IMG/VR virus record: IMGVR_UViG_2865833183_000001
Span: 1-64,000 of that record
DNA from: a virus
Lineage: Duplodnaviria; Caudoviricetes
Length of the DNA: 64,000 nucleotides
Direction: 5' to 3' (one strand)
Shown: positions 1 through 9,852 of the stretch, piece after piece
Layout: each line of letters begins with the position of its first letter
How positions within the stretch are numbered: the stretch's first letter is position 1
The notes under the pieces: generated by a model
What the model was told of the DNA's origin: nothing
Database searches by the model: none
What the model saw: only the letters and a program-made list of their open reading frames with translations
Translations under genes and position numbers: made by a program

Positions 1-426
1 TTAGTCGGCTCCTGGGAGGATGCCGCGCTTTCGCAGCTCCTCCACAATCTGATCACTTAGCGCCTTGATCTCGCGGGCGGTGAGGTCGGGCGTCGTCACA
101 ACTGCGGCCACCGCGACAGCGTCCTGCACCTCGCTCCTAAGTCCCTCCACGGGTACGTGGGCGATCACGGTGTCATTGCCGTTCGCTTCGACAGGGATCG
201 GCTCGCCGCCTTCTGCGATGGCAACGCAGCTTCCGACGGCCCAGCCGAGTGCGCCGTCGATCTTCCCGTAGTTGATTTCGCGGATCGGCTCGCCCCGCTC
301 GAGCCGCTTCCAGGTGTCCTTGGAGATGCCGATCTCCGCGGCTGCTTTGTTGCGTGCGAGACCCAGCTCGAGGCGTCGCTGTGTGGCGACGCGTGCGAGG
401 CGGTCGAGGTCACGGTCACGGTCCAT
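1..426 (-). CDS. XRE-family HTH immunity repressor (CI-like)
   Basis: RRLELGLARNKAAAEIGISKDTWKRLERG HTH; divergent from Cro-like gene; ATG at 426. Confidence 0.8.
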   Translation of the reverse strand: MDRDRDLDRLARVATQRRLELGLARNKAAAEIGISKDTWKRLERGEPIREINYGKIDGALGWAVGSCVAIAEGGEPIPVEANGNDTVIAHVPVEGLRSEVQDAVAVAAVVTTPDLTAREIKALSDQIVEELRKRGILPGAD

Positions 427-604
427 GGGGGCATCTTGGCAGGACTGGCCGGGACCAGCCAGGACCGGGGGTAACAAGGGCCGGAAAGTGCACCCTAAGT
501 AGCCGGATGAACTACAGCCCGTGTGCACCCCGTGGGTCGTCTGGAGCTAAGAAATGTCTAACTAGGGCTGGACGAGAGGGTCATCTAGGGCTAACTTAGA
601 GGCC
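427..604. promoter_or_regulatory. Lysis/lysogeny switch; rightward leaderless promoter with CTAG/CTAA-rich operator candidates
   Basis: TGGACG(569)-N17-TAACTT(592)-N7-ATG(605); clustered CTAAG/CTAAC/CTAGG words. Confidence 0.6.
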
Positions 605-850
605 ATGCAAGCCCCGACCACCTTCCGGGTGAGAGGGGTGGCCATCAACGAGCGCCGCATGCAGGCCGGCCTTTCGGTCGCGCAGCTCGCAGCGCTGGTG
701 GGGGTCACCGCCAGCTACATCCGAAAGCTCGAAACCGGCGTCCGCGAGTGCATGGGGCCAGGTAGCTACACCCGCCTCCGTGCCGCGCTGAGCGCAACTG
801 ACGACGAGCTCCTCGCCCCCACCGAGGACCCAGCCATCGAGAAGGAGTGA
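605..850 (+). CDS. Cro-like XRE HTH protein
   Basis: RRMQAGLSVAQLAALVGVTASYIRKLETG. Confidence 0.85.
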   Translation: MQAPTTFRVRGVAINERRMQAGLSVAQLAALVGVTASYIRKLETGVRECMGPGSYTRLRAALSATDDELLAPTEDPAIEKE

Positions 851-851
851 C

Positions 852-1181
852 ATGCCCAGCGACAAGTACGAGAAGTACGGCAAGGGCGAGCCCCCCACGG
901 ATCCGAACGCCGAGTACATGACGATCCAGGAGACCGCCTACGTCCTCAAATGCAGCGTCAAGACGGTCACCCGCCTGCTCGACGAACTCGACCTCAAGAG
1001 CAAGCCCGGCAATCGAATCGTCACCGACAGCGCCACCCGTCGGGCTCTCTACGAGCACCGCATTGAGGGACCGAAGCGCCCCCGCCGCACCACCCGACGC
1101 CCGCGCAAGACAGCAGCGACCAAGGCGAGCAAGTCGTCAGCGGCCACGCGCGTTACGTCGGACCTGGCCACCGCCGCCTGA
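852..1181 (+). CDS. Excisionase-like HTH DNA-binding protein
   Basis: YMTIQETAYVLKCSVKTVTRLL; RBS AAGGAG. Confidence 0.7.
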   Translation: MPSDKYEKYGKGEPPTDPNAEYMTIQETAYVLKCSVKTVTRLLDELDLKSKPGNRIVTDSATRRALYEHRIEGPKRPRRTTRRPRKTAATKASKSSAATRVTSDLATAA

Positions 1182-1267
1182 GTGCGGCTTGCGGCCGACG
1201 CCGGGGGCCTAGACCCGACGCCGGCCTCGGATCCAAACCCAGAACCCTGAAGAACAGGAGTGGACCC

Positions 1268-1678
1268 TTGTCCACATTCTTCCAGAACCCTGAACCCGAC
1301 ACGATCTTCGAGCAGATCACCTCCGGCCTCCGCCGGGTCTCCCCGTTCACGGCGATGTTCGACGCGGCGGAGGACACGCTGCTGGTCGACCGTCCGGAGG
1401 GTTTCACCCCGGAGGACATCGGCCGGCTGGCCTACGAGTCGCTGCCCGAGGCGGAGCGCGACGAGGCGATGGACCAGTTGTTCTACACGTACTGGTCGGC
1501 GCGGGAGAACGACCGCGAGGAGATGGCCCGCTACGAGCGGGAGCAGCAGACGCGCACCGAGCTGGCTGACCTCCTGGATGTGCTTGAGGCGCGCCGGGTG
1601 CTCGGCATCGAACCGTCGCCGGAGCTGAACGCGGACATCGCCCGCCTGGCCCGCACCCTCCTCGGGGGTGCCCGGTGA
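1268..1678 (+). CDS. Hypothetical phage protein
   Basis: RBS AGGAG, TTG start, high GC3. Confidence 0.7.
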   Translation: MSTFFQNPEPDTIFEQITSGLRRVSPFTAMFDAAEDTLLVDRPEGFTPEDIGRLAYESLPEAERDEAMDQLFYTYWSARENDREEMARYEREQQTRTELADLLDVLEARRVLGIEPSPELNADIARLARTLLGGAR

Positions 1679-2238
1679 CGAACTCCGAGCGCGTGACACC
1701 GGCCGAGCTGCTGCAGTTCCTCAGCGCCCACGCCAACAACCCGCCGTACATCCCCGAACGCGACGACGAGCCCGAGGCGCCCGCCCCGCTGTCGCCGGAA
1801 CGCGAGCAGGAGATCCGCGAGACGGACCCCGGCGACTGGTACCGGGCCCCCTGGACAACCGCCTTCGTCAACGGCAACGGCGAGGCCGACGACCCCTCGT
1901 ACTGGCGAGTGATCTCCGAAGGGGAAACGATCGCAACCCTGCCCGACTTCGCCGAGGGCCTGGCCCTGTTCATCGCTGATGCACGCGAGGCGGTGCCCGA
2001 GCTGCTCGCCGAACTGGGCCGGGTCCGGGCCGAGCGTGACCGGGCCGTCCGCGCCTTCGAGACGTTGGCGGAGAAGCACGACAAGGTCAAGAGCGAGCGC
2101 GACGAGCTGGAGAAGCGCGTCGTCGACGCCCGCATGGCTGCCATCGAGGACGTGGCCAACTGGCTGGCCAGCATCGGCGACGAGGGCGCCGCCTACATCG
2201 TCCGCACCTGCGACATCCCCGAGGCAGGTGACCAGTGA
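1675..2238 (+). CDS. Hypothetical phage protein (C-terminal coiled coil)
   Basis: GTGA overlap, high GC3. Confidence 0.7.
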   Translation: MTNSERVTPAELLQFLSAHANNPPYIPERDDEPEAPAPLSPEREQEIRETDPGDWYRAPWTTAFVNGNGEADDPSYWRVISEGETIATLPDFAEGLALFIADAREAVPELLAELGRVRAERDRAVRAFETLAEKHDKVKSERDELEKRVVDARMAAIEDVANWLASIGDEGAAYIVRTCDIPEAGDQ

Positions 2239-2441
2239 TGGCCACTCCGACGACTCCCCGCCGCCCGCTCGCCGACCTGGACGCGCCCACCGAGCAGGTG
2301 GCGGCTGGCCTGCCGCTGGTCGAGCTGCGGCACCTGCTGGACACGGCCGGCGCCTCCTTCGACCGCCTGGCCGCCGAGCACCCCGAGACGTGCTCCTGCG
2401 CCGACGACTACCCCGGCTGGACCCCTGGGAGGACCGCATGA
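2235..2441 (+). CDS. Hypothetical phage protein
   Basis: Coupled overlap. Confidence 0.6.
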   Translation: MMATPTTPRRPLADLDAPTEQVAAGLPLVELRHLLDTAGASFDRLAAEHPETCSCADDYPGWTPGRTA

Positions 2442-3055
2442 CCGAGTATCCCGAGATCGCCGAGCGGTTCGCCCGCGACACCGCCCAACACCAGATGATC
2501 GTGCTCCACGACGACGGGCTGTACCGGCACCTGCGGTTCGCGAACCCGGAGTACGGCAACTTCGGCGCCTTCGAGCTGATCACGTGGCCGTACAACCTCG
2601 TCGTCAAGACGGGCTGGACGTTCCACTTCGACATCGACGCGACCGAGGACATGTTCGACCTGTTCCGTCGCACCGCTCTGACGGGCGAGATCAACCCCGG
2701 CTACTGGTCGGAGAAGGTCCGGGCTGGCCGCGATGAGGTCGAGGGGTTCAACCCGGACCTCTTCGAACACCAAGTCAAGCAGTACGTCGTCGCCGCCATC
2801 CGCAACGGCGACGCCCCGCGCGGCATCGGCGCCGAGGTCACTCGGGACATCTTCGAGTGGGGCGACATCAACCACGAAGCTGGTGCCCGCAAGGAGCTGG
2901 AGGACTTCCGCTACGAGGACTGGACGTTCGGGGACACCACCGAATGGAAGTTCTACGACTTCACACCGGGCTTCCTGTGGTCCTGCTACGCGATCCGCCA
3001 CGGCATCGACCTGTGGGACGCCGCTCGCACGCCCGAGGCGGAGGTGGCCGCGTGA
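2438..3055 (+). CDS. Conserved phage hypothetical (HQM..LHDDGLYRHLRF, INPGYWSEK motifs)
   Basis: ATGA overlap; motif recognised from phage proteins. Confidence 0.75.
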   Translation: MTEYPEIAERFARDTAQHQMIVLHDDGLYRHLRFANPEYGNFGAFELITWPYNLVVKTGWTFHFDIDATEDMFDLFRRTALTGEINPGYWSEKVRAGRDEVEGFNPDLFEHQVKQYVVAAIRNGDAPRGIGAEVTRDIFEWGDINHEAGARKELEDFRYEDWTFGDTTEWKFYDFTPGFLWSCYAIRHGIDLWDAARTPEAEVAA

Positions 3056-3513
3056 ACGCCGAGCAGTTCAACGCCCGCTACCCGGTCGGGACCCCGGTCA
3101 TGGCCTACCCCGGCGCCCGCCCGGAGAAGTTCCCCAACGAGAAGCGGCTCCAGACCCGCACCCGCTCCGTGGCGTGGACGCTGGGTCACGGCGAGCCCGT
3201 CGTCATGGTCGACGGCTACACGGGCGGCATCGCCCTCAGCCACGTGGACGTGATCGATGGGCCGGATGCCAGCGTGTACGAGACGCGTCTGCTGACCGAG
3301 AAGACTCTGTATGCGGTCGACAACTGGCTCGACAAGGCCGGGGTGTTCGCCAAGCAGTACACGCGGTACGTGGACGACAAGCTCACGACGGTCGGCCTGC
3401 GCATCGGTGAGAAGCCCGGCCACCTCGTCGCCTACTTCGGCGACACGATCGTCCGCCACACCGACGGCACCTACACCGTCCGCCGAGTCATCGAGCGGGG
3501 TGAGACGTCGTGA
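3052..3513 (+). CDS. Hypothetical phage protein (FNARYPVGTPV motif)
   Basis: GTGA overlap, RBS GGAGG. Confidence 0.7.
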   Translation: MNAEQFNARYPVGTPVMAYPGARPEKFPNEKRLQTRTRSVAWTLGHGEPVVMVDGYTGGIALSHVDVIDGPDASVYETRLLTEKTLYAVDNWLDKAGVFAKQYTRYVDDKLTTVGLRIGEKPGHLVAYFGDTIVRHTDGTYTVRRVIERGETS

Positions 3514-3755
3514 ACCGCACCTACGTCCAGGGTGTCGCCGTGGTCCTCGGCGATGACCCGTCCGCGATAGCCGCCGCCTACGGGACCGACGGCGGCCGGG
3601 AGTACGGGCTGCTGCACATCGGCGACCGACTCACCCTCCACGTGTCACTCGCGTCCCCCGAAGCGATCGACGCGCTGGCCGCCGCTGCCGCCGAACTCGC
3701 CGACTGGATGCGGGCCCAGGACGCCCGCCCCGCACTCAAGGAGGTAGCAGCGTGA
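3510..3755 (+). CDS. Hypothetical phage protein
   Basis: Coupled overlap. Confidence 0.6.
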   Translation: MNRTYVQGVAVVLGDDPSAIAAAYGTDGGREYGLLHIGDRLTLHVSLASPEAIDALAAAAAELADWMRAQDARPALKEVAA

Positions 3756-4072
3756 ACCCCACGGGTCGCATCCGCCGCTCCTCGGCCGGGTCTCGCCGCC
3801 ACCACGTGGCCTACCTGCCGTTCAAGATCCGCACACTGGTGCCGGACGTCGCGAGCATCCTGATCACCCCGCTGCCGGACGACGACACCATCCGCGACGT
3901 CACCGTCTACGACCGCGCTGGCCGGGCCCTCACCCTGCAGCCGGAGGTGCTGGCGCACCTGCTCGGGCTGCTGCAGACCGCCCACCCCGAAGCCGACTGG
4001 ACGAGGGCACTCCGCTGGCAGGCCGACGGCAACCGCTTCGGACCCGCCGCCATCACGGCAGGTGTGGCATGA
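3752..4072 (+). CDS. Hypothetical phage protein
   Basis: RBS AAGGAGG, overlap. Confidence 0.6.
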   Translation: MNPTGRIRRSSAGSRRHHVAYLPFKIRTLVPDVASILITPLPDDDTIRDVTVYDRAGRALTLQPEVLAHLLGLLQTAHPEADWTRALRWQADGNRFGPAAITAGVA

Positions 4073-4251
4073 GCACCCCGCTGATCGCCATGCCCCCGGC
4101 GCTGCTGATCCTCCTCGTCGTCATCATCGCCGACCTCACGGACGCCCTCGACGGGGCCCGCGCGGCGGTGGTGGCCGAGCAGGAGTCGCACGCCGCCTAC
4201 CGGCTCGCCAACCCGCCTCGGAAGGGGGTGGCGGCGTGGCCTTCGACCTGA
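4069..4251 (+). CDS. Small membrane protein
   Basis: Hydrophobic ALLILLVVIIA; ATGA overlap. Confidence 0.55.
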   Translation: MSTPLIAMPPALLILLVVIIADLTDALDGARAAVVAEQESHAAYRLANPPRKGVAAWPST

Positions 4252-4397
4252 TCACCGCTCTGCAGGACCCCGAGTTCACCATCGCGGACCTGGAGGACAT
4301 GCGAGACCGGGCCCTCGGCCGGCCGTATGTGAGTGAAGTCGGCCGGGCCATCGCTGAGGCGGCACAGGCCGAGATCGACCGCCGGACCGCCGAGTGA
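4236..4397 (+). CDS. Hypothetical phage protein
   Basis: GTG start (VAFDLITAL), high GC3. Confidence 0.55.
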   Translation: MAFDLITALQDPEFTIADLEDMRDRALGRPYVSEVGRAIAEAAQAEIDRRTAE

Positions 4398-4516
4398 GCC
4401 GGCCACTGGCCCGCCTCACCACCCAATGCATCGCAGCCCTGGCCGTCTGCTGGGGCACCGCCGCAGGGCTCATCGCCCTCGGCCACCGAATCCAACACCC
4501 CAAGGGGGGACAGTGA
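4394..4516 (+). CDS. 40-aa hydrophobic microprotein (not in ORF track)
   Basis: GTGA overlaps at both ends; CIAALAVCWGTAAGLIALG. Confidence 0.45.
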   Translation: MSRPLARLTTQCIAALAVCWGTAAGLIALGHRIQHPKGGQ

Positions 4517-4986
4517 CTCTTCCGCACGATCCGTACTTCACCGCCGTCATCGACGCCCTCACCACCGCCGGCTTCAGCCCCGCCGATGCCTTCACCGACG
4601 ACTCCGACACCCGCGGCACGTACCAATTTCTCCGCGCCGTCATCACCCTCGACCCCGACACCTCCGGCATCGACTCCAAGCGATGGCCGCATGGCCTGAT
4701 CCTCATCTGGGAGTGGCACACCGGCATCGAGTCCGCCGACGGTGAACCCGAGCGCGGCCCGTCCTGGGAGTGGGCCCGGCTGGTCGACTCCCACGGCCAG
4801 TGCGGTGAGCGCGAGGCGCTCACGGCGGTGGGTTACGCCTCGCCGACCTACGTGGTGGAGAGCGTCCGCGCGCTCATCGAGCGCCGCAACCAGTCGACGC
4901 CTGCCGAGCAGTGGGAGCGCGCCGAGGAACTGAACGCGGCGTGCGAGACGTGGGCCGCCGCTGAGGCCCGGAAGGTGGGCGAGTGA
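4513..4986 (+). CDS. Hypothetical protein (possibly DUF6292-like)
   Basis: HDPYFTAV...LILIWEW..G..W pattern. Confidence 0.65.
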   Translation: MTLPHDPYFTAVIDALTTAGFSPADAFTDDSDTRGTYQFLRAVITLDPDTSGIDSKRWPHGLILIWEWHTGIESADGEPERGPSWEWARLVDSHGQCGEREALTAVGYASPTYVVESVRALIERRNQSTPAEQWERAEELNAACETWAAAEARKVGE

Positions 4987-5408
4987 TGAGCGAGCGCAAG
5001 CACCTCGCCGTGCGCGGCTACACCAACGGCCGCCTGATCATCGCCTGCAAGTGCCGCAACTACCAGCCCATCAAGGGCACCGCCCGCGAGCAGGAGGACG
5101 CCCACCGCGCCCACCGCGTCGCGATGGGCGAGACCGTCAAGCCTCGCGTCCCGACCATGCGAGAGCGGCTGGAGATGGCCATCAGCCGCGCCGTCGAGCT
5201 GGAAAACGAGAACGCCCGGCTGACGGACGAGCTCGCCGAGCTGAAGGCCGCAGCCTGGGGACCCGACATGCAGGACCGCTACCGCAAGCGGGCCCTCCAG
5301 TGGGGTGCAGCGGAAACCCTCGTCGAGCGGGCCCGAGCCAAGGGCATCACCCAGATCGACACAGACGACATCGCAGACGCCCTCGGCCTCGACGAGGAGG
5401 ACGCGTGA
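4983..5408 (+). CDS. Hypothetical protein (CxC...H, coiled coil)
   Basis: Coupled overlap. Confidence 0.65.
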   Translation: MMSERKHLAVRGYTNGRLIIACKCRNYQPIKGTAREQEDAHRAHRVAMGETVKPRVPTMRERLEMAISRAVELENENARLTDELAELKAAAWGPDMQDRYRKRALQWGAAETLVERARAKGITQIDTDDIADALGLDEEDA

Positions 5409-5695
5409 TGCCTGACCTGCTCGTCCAGATCGACGGCCAGACCCTGCCGCTCACCAACTGCGTGTGGATCACCTGGGCCCCGTGTGGCTGCCCGTGTGGA
5501 GCCCTCACCGCTGGGTTCGGTGACGAAGCATTCGCCACCGAAGAGCAGGCGTGGCGGGAGATCTACCCGACCAAGCGAGAGCGCGACAGGCACCAGCGAC
5601 AGGACTACCGCCTGGAGCTCATGAGCTGGGACCGCTACCGGGCCGACATCGACCTCGCCAAGCGGTGCCCCCACGTGAAGAAGGCCGCCTCGTGA
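5408..5695 (+). CDS. Hypothetical protein (PCGCPCG)
   Basis: TGATG overlap, RBS GGAGG. Confidence 0.65.
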   Translation: MPDLLVQIDGQTLPLTNCVWITWAPCGCPCGALTAGFGDEAFATEEQAWREIYPTKRERDRHQRQDYRLELMSWDRYRADIDLAKRCPHVKKAAS

Positions 5696-6021
5696 CCGGC
5701 CGCCACCGCGCCATCGACCGCGTCGCCCAGCTCGAAGCCGAGAATCACGAGCTCGTCTGCCAGACGATCCGGCTCGCTCGCGAGAACGACACCCTCCAGC
5801 GGCAGCTCGACACCACCGGAATCGCACTCACCGGCGCCTGGGCCGACCTCGAGACCGCGGTCGCCGAGATCCGCCGGCTCCAGCAGCAGCACATCGACGA
5901 CACCGTCCGCATGGCCCGCCTCCGCCGGGACCTCCACAACGCACGGCCCCGCATCACCCGCGTCGACAGCACCGCCGAGCGGCCCACCGCGCCCGGCAGC
6001 ATCCCGCTGCGCGCCGCCTGA
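5692..6021 (+). CDS. Coiled-coil hypothetical protein
   Basis: GTGA overlap. Confidence 0.6.
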   Translation: MTGRHRAIDRVAQLEAENHELVCQTIRLARENDTLQRQLDTTGIALTGAWADLETAVAEIRRLQQQHIDDTVRMARLRRDLHNARPRITRVDSTAERPTAPGSIPLRAA

Positions 6022-6136
6022 GACGCCCGCGCCCCGCCGGAAGACACCGGCCGGCGGGGCCGGGACCAGACCAGGGACGCCCCGCCGAGGCGAATTCGGC
6101 GGGGGCCCACCACCCAGCATCCCAGAAAGGGAAACC

Positions 6137-7342
6137 GTGAAGGTCACCATCAACGCCCACCAGCTCGGCCGACTCATCGACAAGACCATCAGCCACATGG
6201 CCGACGACAGCATCGAACCGCTGCACGGCATCCGCCTCGACCTCGACAGCACCCACCTATACGCCATCGCCTCCGACCGCTACACCCTCGCCGTCGCCCG
6301 CTACGAGCTGCTCTACGCCGACAAGGGCGCCGAACCCTACGCCCGCACCATCCCCGGCGAGTACCTGCGCCCGCTCCGTGAGTGGATCAGCACCCAGATC
6401 GGCCACGCCAGCATCACCATCAGCACCGACGAGGACCGACTCGTCTTCGCCGCGCCACTCACCGAGTTCCGCATCGCCACCAAACCCGACATCAAGTACC
6501 CGGACTGGCGCGGCCTGCTCCGCACCATCGCCGAGCAAACAACCGAGGAAGCTCCGTTCCCCGCCCTCCACTCCGGCTTCCTCGCCCGATGGGCCGACAC
6601 CGGCAGCACCATCCGCGTCCGCGTCACCGCCGACCAGAAGGCTGTCCTCGTGTTCGCCGAGGACTTCATCGGCGCCCAGATGCCCGCCCGCTACGCCGGC
6701 GTCGGGCCCGTCAAGGACGAGACCATCGACAGCGCCCGAGCTTTGTGGAAGGACGTCCTCCACGCCGGCACGAGCCGCGCCGACATGGTCACCGACATGC
6801 CCGACGCGGATCGAGACCGGTCCCGCTACGAGGCCACCACCGACGTCCGCGAAACCGGCGAGGACCTGCTCCACCAGGCACTGCGGTCCACCTGGCAGAT
6901 GTACGGCGCCGACATGGACACAGAGGAGGGACGCGCCGCCTTCAACGCCTGGGTGTCCTCCGGTGTCCGCTCGTGGATGGCGTACCGCTTCCTCGACGCC
7001 CTCTACCAGGTCGACCCGCGGGCGGCCGAGGGCATCGTCGGTGAGACCGCCGACCAACTCGACTCCGGCGAGATCGGCGAATGGGCCTGGGACGAGGCGA
7101 AGAAGGCCGGTCACGACCCGCAGAAGTGGTACGACGACTACAAGGCCCACCTGGAGAAGCTGGCTGCCAAGCGGCAGGCACAGGAGCAGGTCGAGAAGTG
7201 GGAACGCCTCGCCATGGCGTTCAACGCCGCCACCCAGGCTGGGGTCAAGTTCCGGGTCGAGCCCAACCCGCACGTCCAGTGGGACGCCAACAACAACCGC
7301 TGGATCGCCGTCGAGGCCACCACCGCGGAGGCCGCCGCGTGA
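6137..7342 (+). CDS. DNA polymerase III beta-clamp-like protein with helical C-terminal extension
   Basis: PLHGIRL...LYAIASDRYTLA and KYPDWRGL motifs of DnaN. Confidence 0.7.
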   Translation: MKVTINAHQLGRLIDKTISHMADDSIEPLHGIRLDLDSTHLYAIASDRYTLAVARYELLYADKGAEPYARTIPGEYLRPLREWISTQIGHASITISTDEDRLVFAAPLTEFRIATKPDIKYPDWRGLLRTIAEQTTEEAPFPALHSGFLARWADTGSTIRVRVTADQKAVLVFAEDFIGAQMPARYAGVGPVKDETIDSARALWKDVLHAGTSRADMVTDMPDADRDRSRYEATTDVRETGEDLLHQALRSTWQMYGADMDTEEGRAAFNAWVSSGVRSWMAYRFLDALYQVDPRAAEGIVGETADQLDSGEIGEWAWDEAKKAGHDPQKWYDDYKAHLEKLAAKRQAQEQVEKWERLAMAFNAATQAGVKFRVEPNPHVQWDANNNRWIAVEATTAEAAA

Positions 7343-7491
7343 CCCGCTTCCTCCTCGGCCTGCTCCTCGGCGGCTGCGGCTCCGCCATCACCTGGGCCGC
7401 CAGCCACAACACCGGCTGGACCATCGCCATCGGCGCCACCGTCGCCGTCCTCGTCTGGCTCGGCGAATACCTCCTCGACGACCTCACCTGA
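7339..7491 (+). CDS. Small two-TM membrane protein
   Basis: Hydrophobic, GTGA overlap. Confidence 0.6.
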   Translation: MTRFLLGLLLGGCGSAITWAASHNTGWTIAIGATVAVLVWLGEYLLDDLT

Positions 7492-7552
7492 ACGCACGGC
7501 CGCCCCGCCCGCCGCAAACAGGCGGGGTGGCCACAACCCAAGGAGAACATAC

Positions 7553-7873
7553 GTGAAGCTCTTCGGCCCCGACCGTCAGCGTGTTGGCTACGCAGACCAG
7601 GAATGGTCCGTCTGGGTCTCCGGCATGGACGACATCCACGACAAGGACAGCCTCGCCGAAGCCCTGGAACTGGCCAACGAACTCAACGCCACCTTCGCCG
7701 ACCTCCACACCCGCGACGGCAATGAGTTCTCACCCACTTGCTACGCCGTCGTCCTCCACCACGGCTACGCCTGGACCCAGGCCACCGAACACGCCCACCG
7801 CATCGACTGCGGCCACCCCGGCTGCGTCTCGTGCTACATCAACCGCGACGAGCCCCAGGCCGGTGCCGCATGA
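7553..7873 (+). CDS. Hypothetical protein
   Basis: RBS AAGGAG. Confidence 0.65.
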   Translation: MKLFGPDRQRVGYADQEWSVWVSGMDDIHDKDSLAEALELANELNATFADLHTRDGNEFSPTCYAVVLHHGYAWTQATEHAHRIDCGHPGCVSCYINRDEPQAGAA

Positions 7874-7983
7874 GCCCCATCACCTGCCCCTGCGGCAACA
7901 CCAACGGCCCCTTCGTCCGCATCGACGGACGCCACCTCTGCGAAAACTGCGCCGACAAGCAGCAGAAGGGCGGCAGCAAGTGA
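7870..7983 (+). CDS. Small zinc-finger protein
   Basis: CPCG...CENC; overlaps both neighbours. Confidence 0.5.
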   Translation: MSPITCPCGNTNGPFVRIDGRHLCENCADKQQKGGSK

Positions 7984-8813
7984 CCGCCACGACCGAGGCG
8001 CCGGCCGTCACACCCGGGGTCTACGACATATCCGCCGAGCTGTACCACAGCGACCCCATACCCGGCGGCAGCCTCTCCTCCACCGGAGCCCGCACGCTGA
8101 CCTCAAAGTGCCCGGCCGCGTTCAAGTACCAGCTCGACAACCCCGAGCCGTACAAGCAGGTCTTCGAGTTCGGCACCGCCGCACACAAGCTCGTCCTCGA
8201 CGACGGCCCCGACCTGGTACTCGTCGACGCCGAACGCTGGGACACCAAGGCCGTGAAGGCGGAAGTCGCGGCGATACGCGCCGAAGGGAAGATACCGCTC
8301 AAGCGGGCCGCCCTCGAGCAGGTCCACGCCATGGCCGCCGCCCTCCGCCAGCACCCCGAAGCCGCGGAACTCCTTGAACCCGGGTCCGGGGTGGCCGAAC
8401 AGTCCCTCTTCTGGAACGACAACGGCATCTGGCGGCGGGCCCGCTTCGACTGGCTCAGCGACAACGGCCAGATCGTCGACTACAAGACCACCCGGTCCGC
8501 CAACCCCATCGACCTACCCAAGACCATTCACGACTGCGGCTACCACCAGCAGCAGGAGTGGTACCTCGACGGCGGCATCGCCCTCGACATCGTCGACCCT
8601 GAGCGGCCCCTCCAGTTCGTGTTCCAGGAGAAGGAACCGCCCTACCTGGTCACGGTCACCACTTGCGACGCGACCGCCCGTGGCATAGGTCGCCACCTCA
8701 ACGACCGGGCCCTCTACACCTACGCCCACTGCCTCGAGACCGGCGAATGGCCCGGCTACCTCGAAGCACCTCTCAGGCCGCTCCCCGCCTGGGTCGAGCG
8801 CCAGTACGCCTAG
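7980..8813 (+). CDS. RecE/exonuclease VIII-like PD-(D/E)xK nuclease
   Basis: LSSTG, FGTAAH, RARFDWL, IVDYKTT, GYHQQ..WY, QEKEPPY. Confidence 0.9.
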   Translation: MTATTEAPAVTPGVYDISAELYHSDPIPGGSLSSTGARTLTSKCPAAFKYQLDNPEPYKQVFEFGTAAHKLVLDDGPDLVLVDAERWDTKAVKAEVAAIRAEGKIPLKRAALEQVHAMAAALRQHPEAAELLEPGSGVAEQSLFWNDNGIWRRARFDWLSDNGQIVDYKTTRSANPIDLPKTIHDCGYHQQQEWYLDGGIALDIVDPERPLQFVFQEKEPPYLVTVTTCDATARGIGRHLNDRALYTYAHCLETGEWPGYLEAPLRPLPAWVERQYA

Positions 8814-8823
8814 GAGCAACCAC

Positions 8824-9795
8824 ATGAACCAGCAGCTTGGCCAGCCCGTTCGCGTCGGACGCCAGCAGCAGAACACCGACGAGTACGACGATGGCGCCTT
8901 CATCTTCCGCCCGGCCACCAAGGACAAGGCCAAGGCCCGCGTCGCCGTTCAGGGTGTGTCCGGCTCCGGCAAGACCTGGACCGGCCTGTCCATCGCCCAC
9001 GGTCTCGCCGAGGGGCAGCGGTTCGCCGTCATCGACACCGAGCGCGGCGCCGCGTCCCTGTACGTCGGCATCAACGGCATCCAGTTCGACGTGCTGCAGA
9101 TGCATCGCTACGACCCGCGCGACCTGGTCAAGGCCCTCGCTGCGGCGGCGCAGGCCGGATACCCGGCCGTGAAGATCGATTCCCTGTCGCACTTCTGGAA
9201 GGGCACCGACGGAACACTCGAGCAGGTCGACAAGGCCAAGTCTCGGTACGGCGGCAACTCCTTCGCAGGATGGAAGGAGGGCACCCCGATGCAGAACGAC
9301 ATGATCGACGCACTCCTCTCGTACCCCGGGCACGTCGTCGTCACCATGCGCTCCCACACCGAATGGGTCTTGCAGGAGAACGAGCGCGGCAAGAAGGAGC
9401 CCGTCGCCATGGGCATGCGGGCCGAGCAGCGTAAGGGCGTCGAGTACGAGTTCGGGCTCGTCTGCTCCATGGACATCAACAACACGCTCACCGTCGTCAA
9501 GTCCCGCTGCCCTGCCCTCCACAAGAAGGTCATCAAGGAGCCGAACGGCGCGATCGACATCGCCAAGCCGCTCCTCGACTGGCTCAACGACGGAGCCGAG
9601 ACGGTCGACACCTCGGCCTGGATCGACGCCGCCACAGGCGACGATGCGACCCCGGACAGCCTCCTCGCCCTGTATCGCGAGGTCGAGTCCCACGGAGCCC
9701 TGGCCACCCCGTTCCTGCACCCCAAGACGGGCCAGCCGACCAGCCTCGGCGCCTTCATCAAGGAACGCGGCACCGCGCTGAAGAACGCCGCCTAA
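8824..9795 (+). CDS. AAA ATPase, Sak4-like recombination protein
   Basis: Walker A GVSGSGKT, IDTERG, IDSLSH, EYEF; adjacent to RecE-like gene. Confidence 0.85.
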   Translation: MNQQLGQPVRVGRQQQNTDEYDDGAFIFRPATKDKAKARVAVQGVSGSGKTWTGLSIAHGLAEGQRFAVIDTERGAASLYVGINGIQFDVLQMHRYDPRDLVKALAAAAQAGYPAVKIDSLSHFWKGTDGTLEQVDKAKSRYGGNSFAGWKEGTPMQNDMIDALLSYPGHVVVTMRSHTEWVLQENERGKKEPVAMGMRAEQRKGVEYEFGLVCSMDINNTLTVVKSRCPALHKKVIKEPNGAIDIAKPLLDWLNDGAETVDTSAWIDAATGDDATPDSLLALYREVESHGALATPFLHPKTGQPTSLGAFIKERGTALKNAA

Positions 9796-9852
9796 CCGGC
9801 ACTGGGGCCGCCCCTCATACCGCCATGCGACCTACGAGGAGTTAGACGACCG

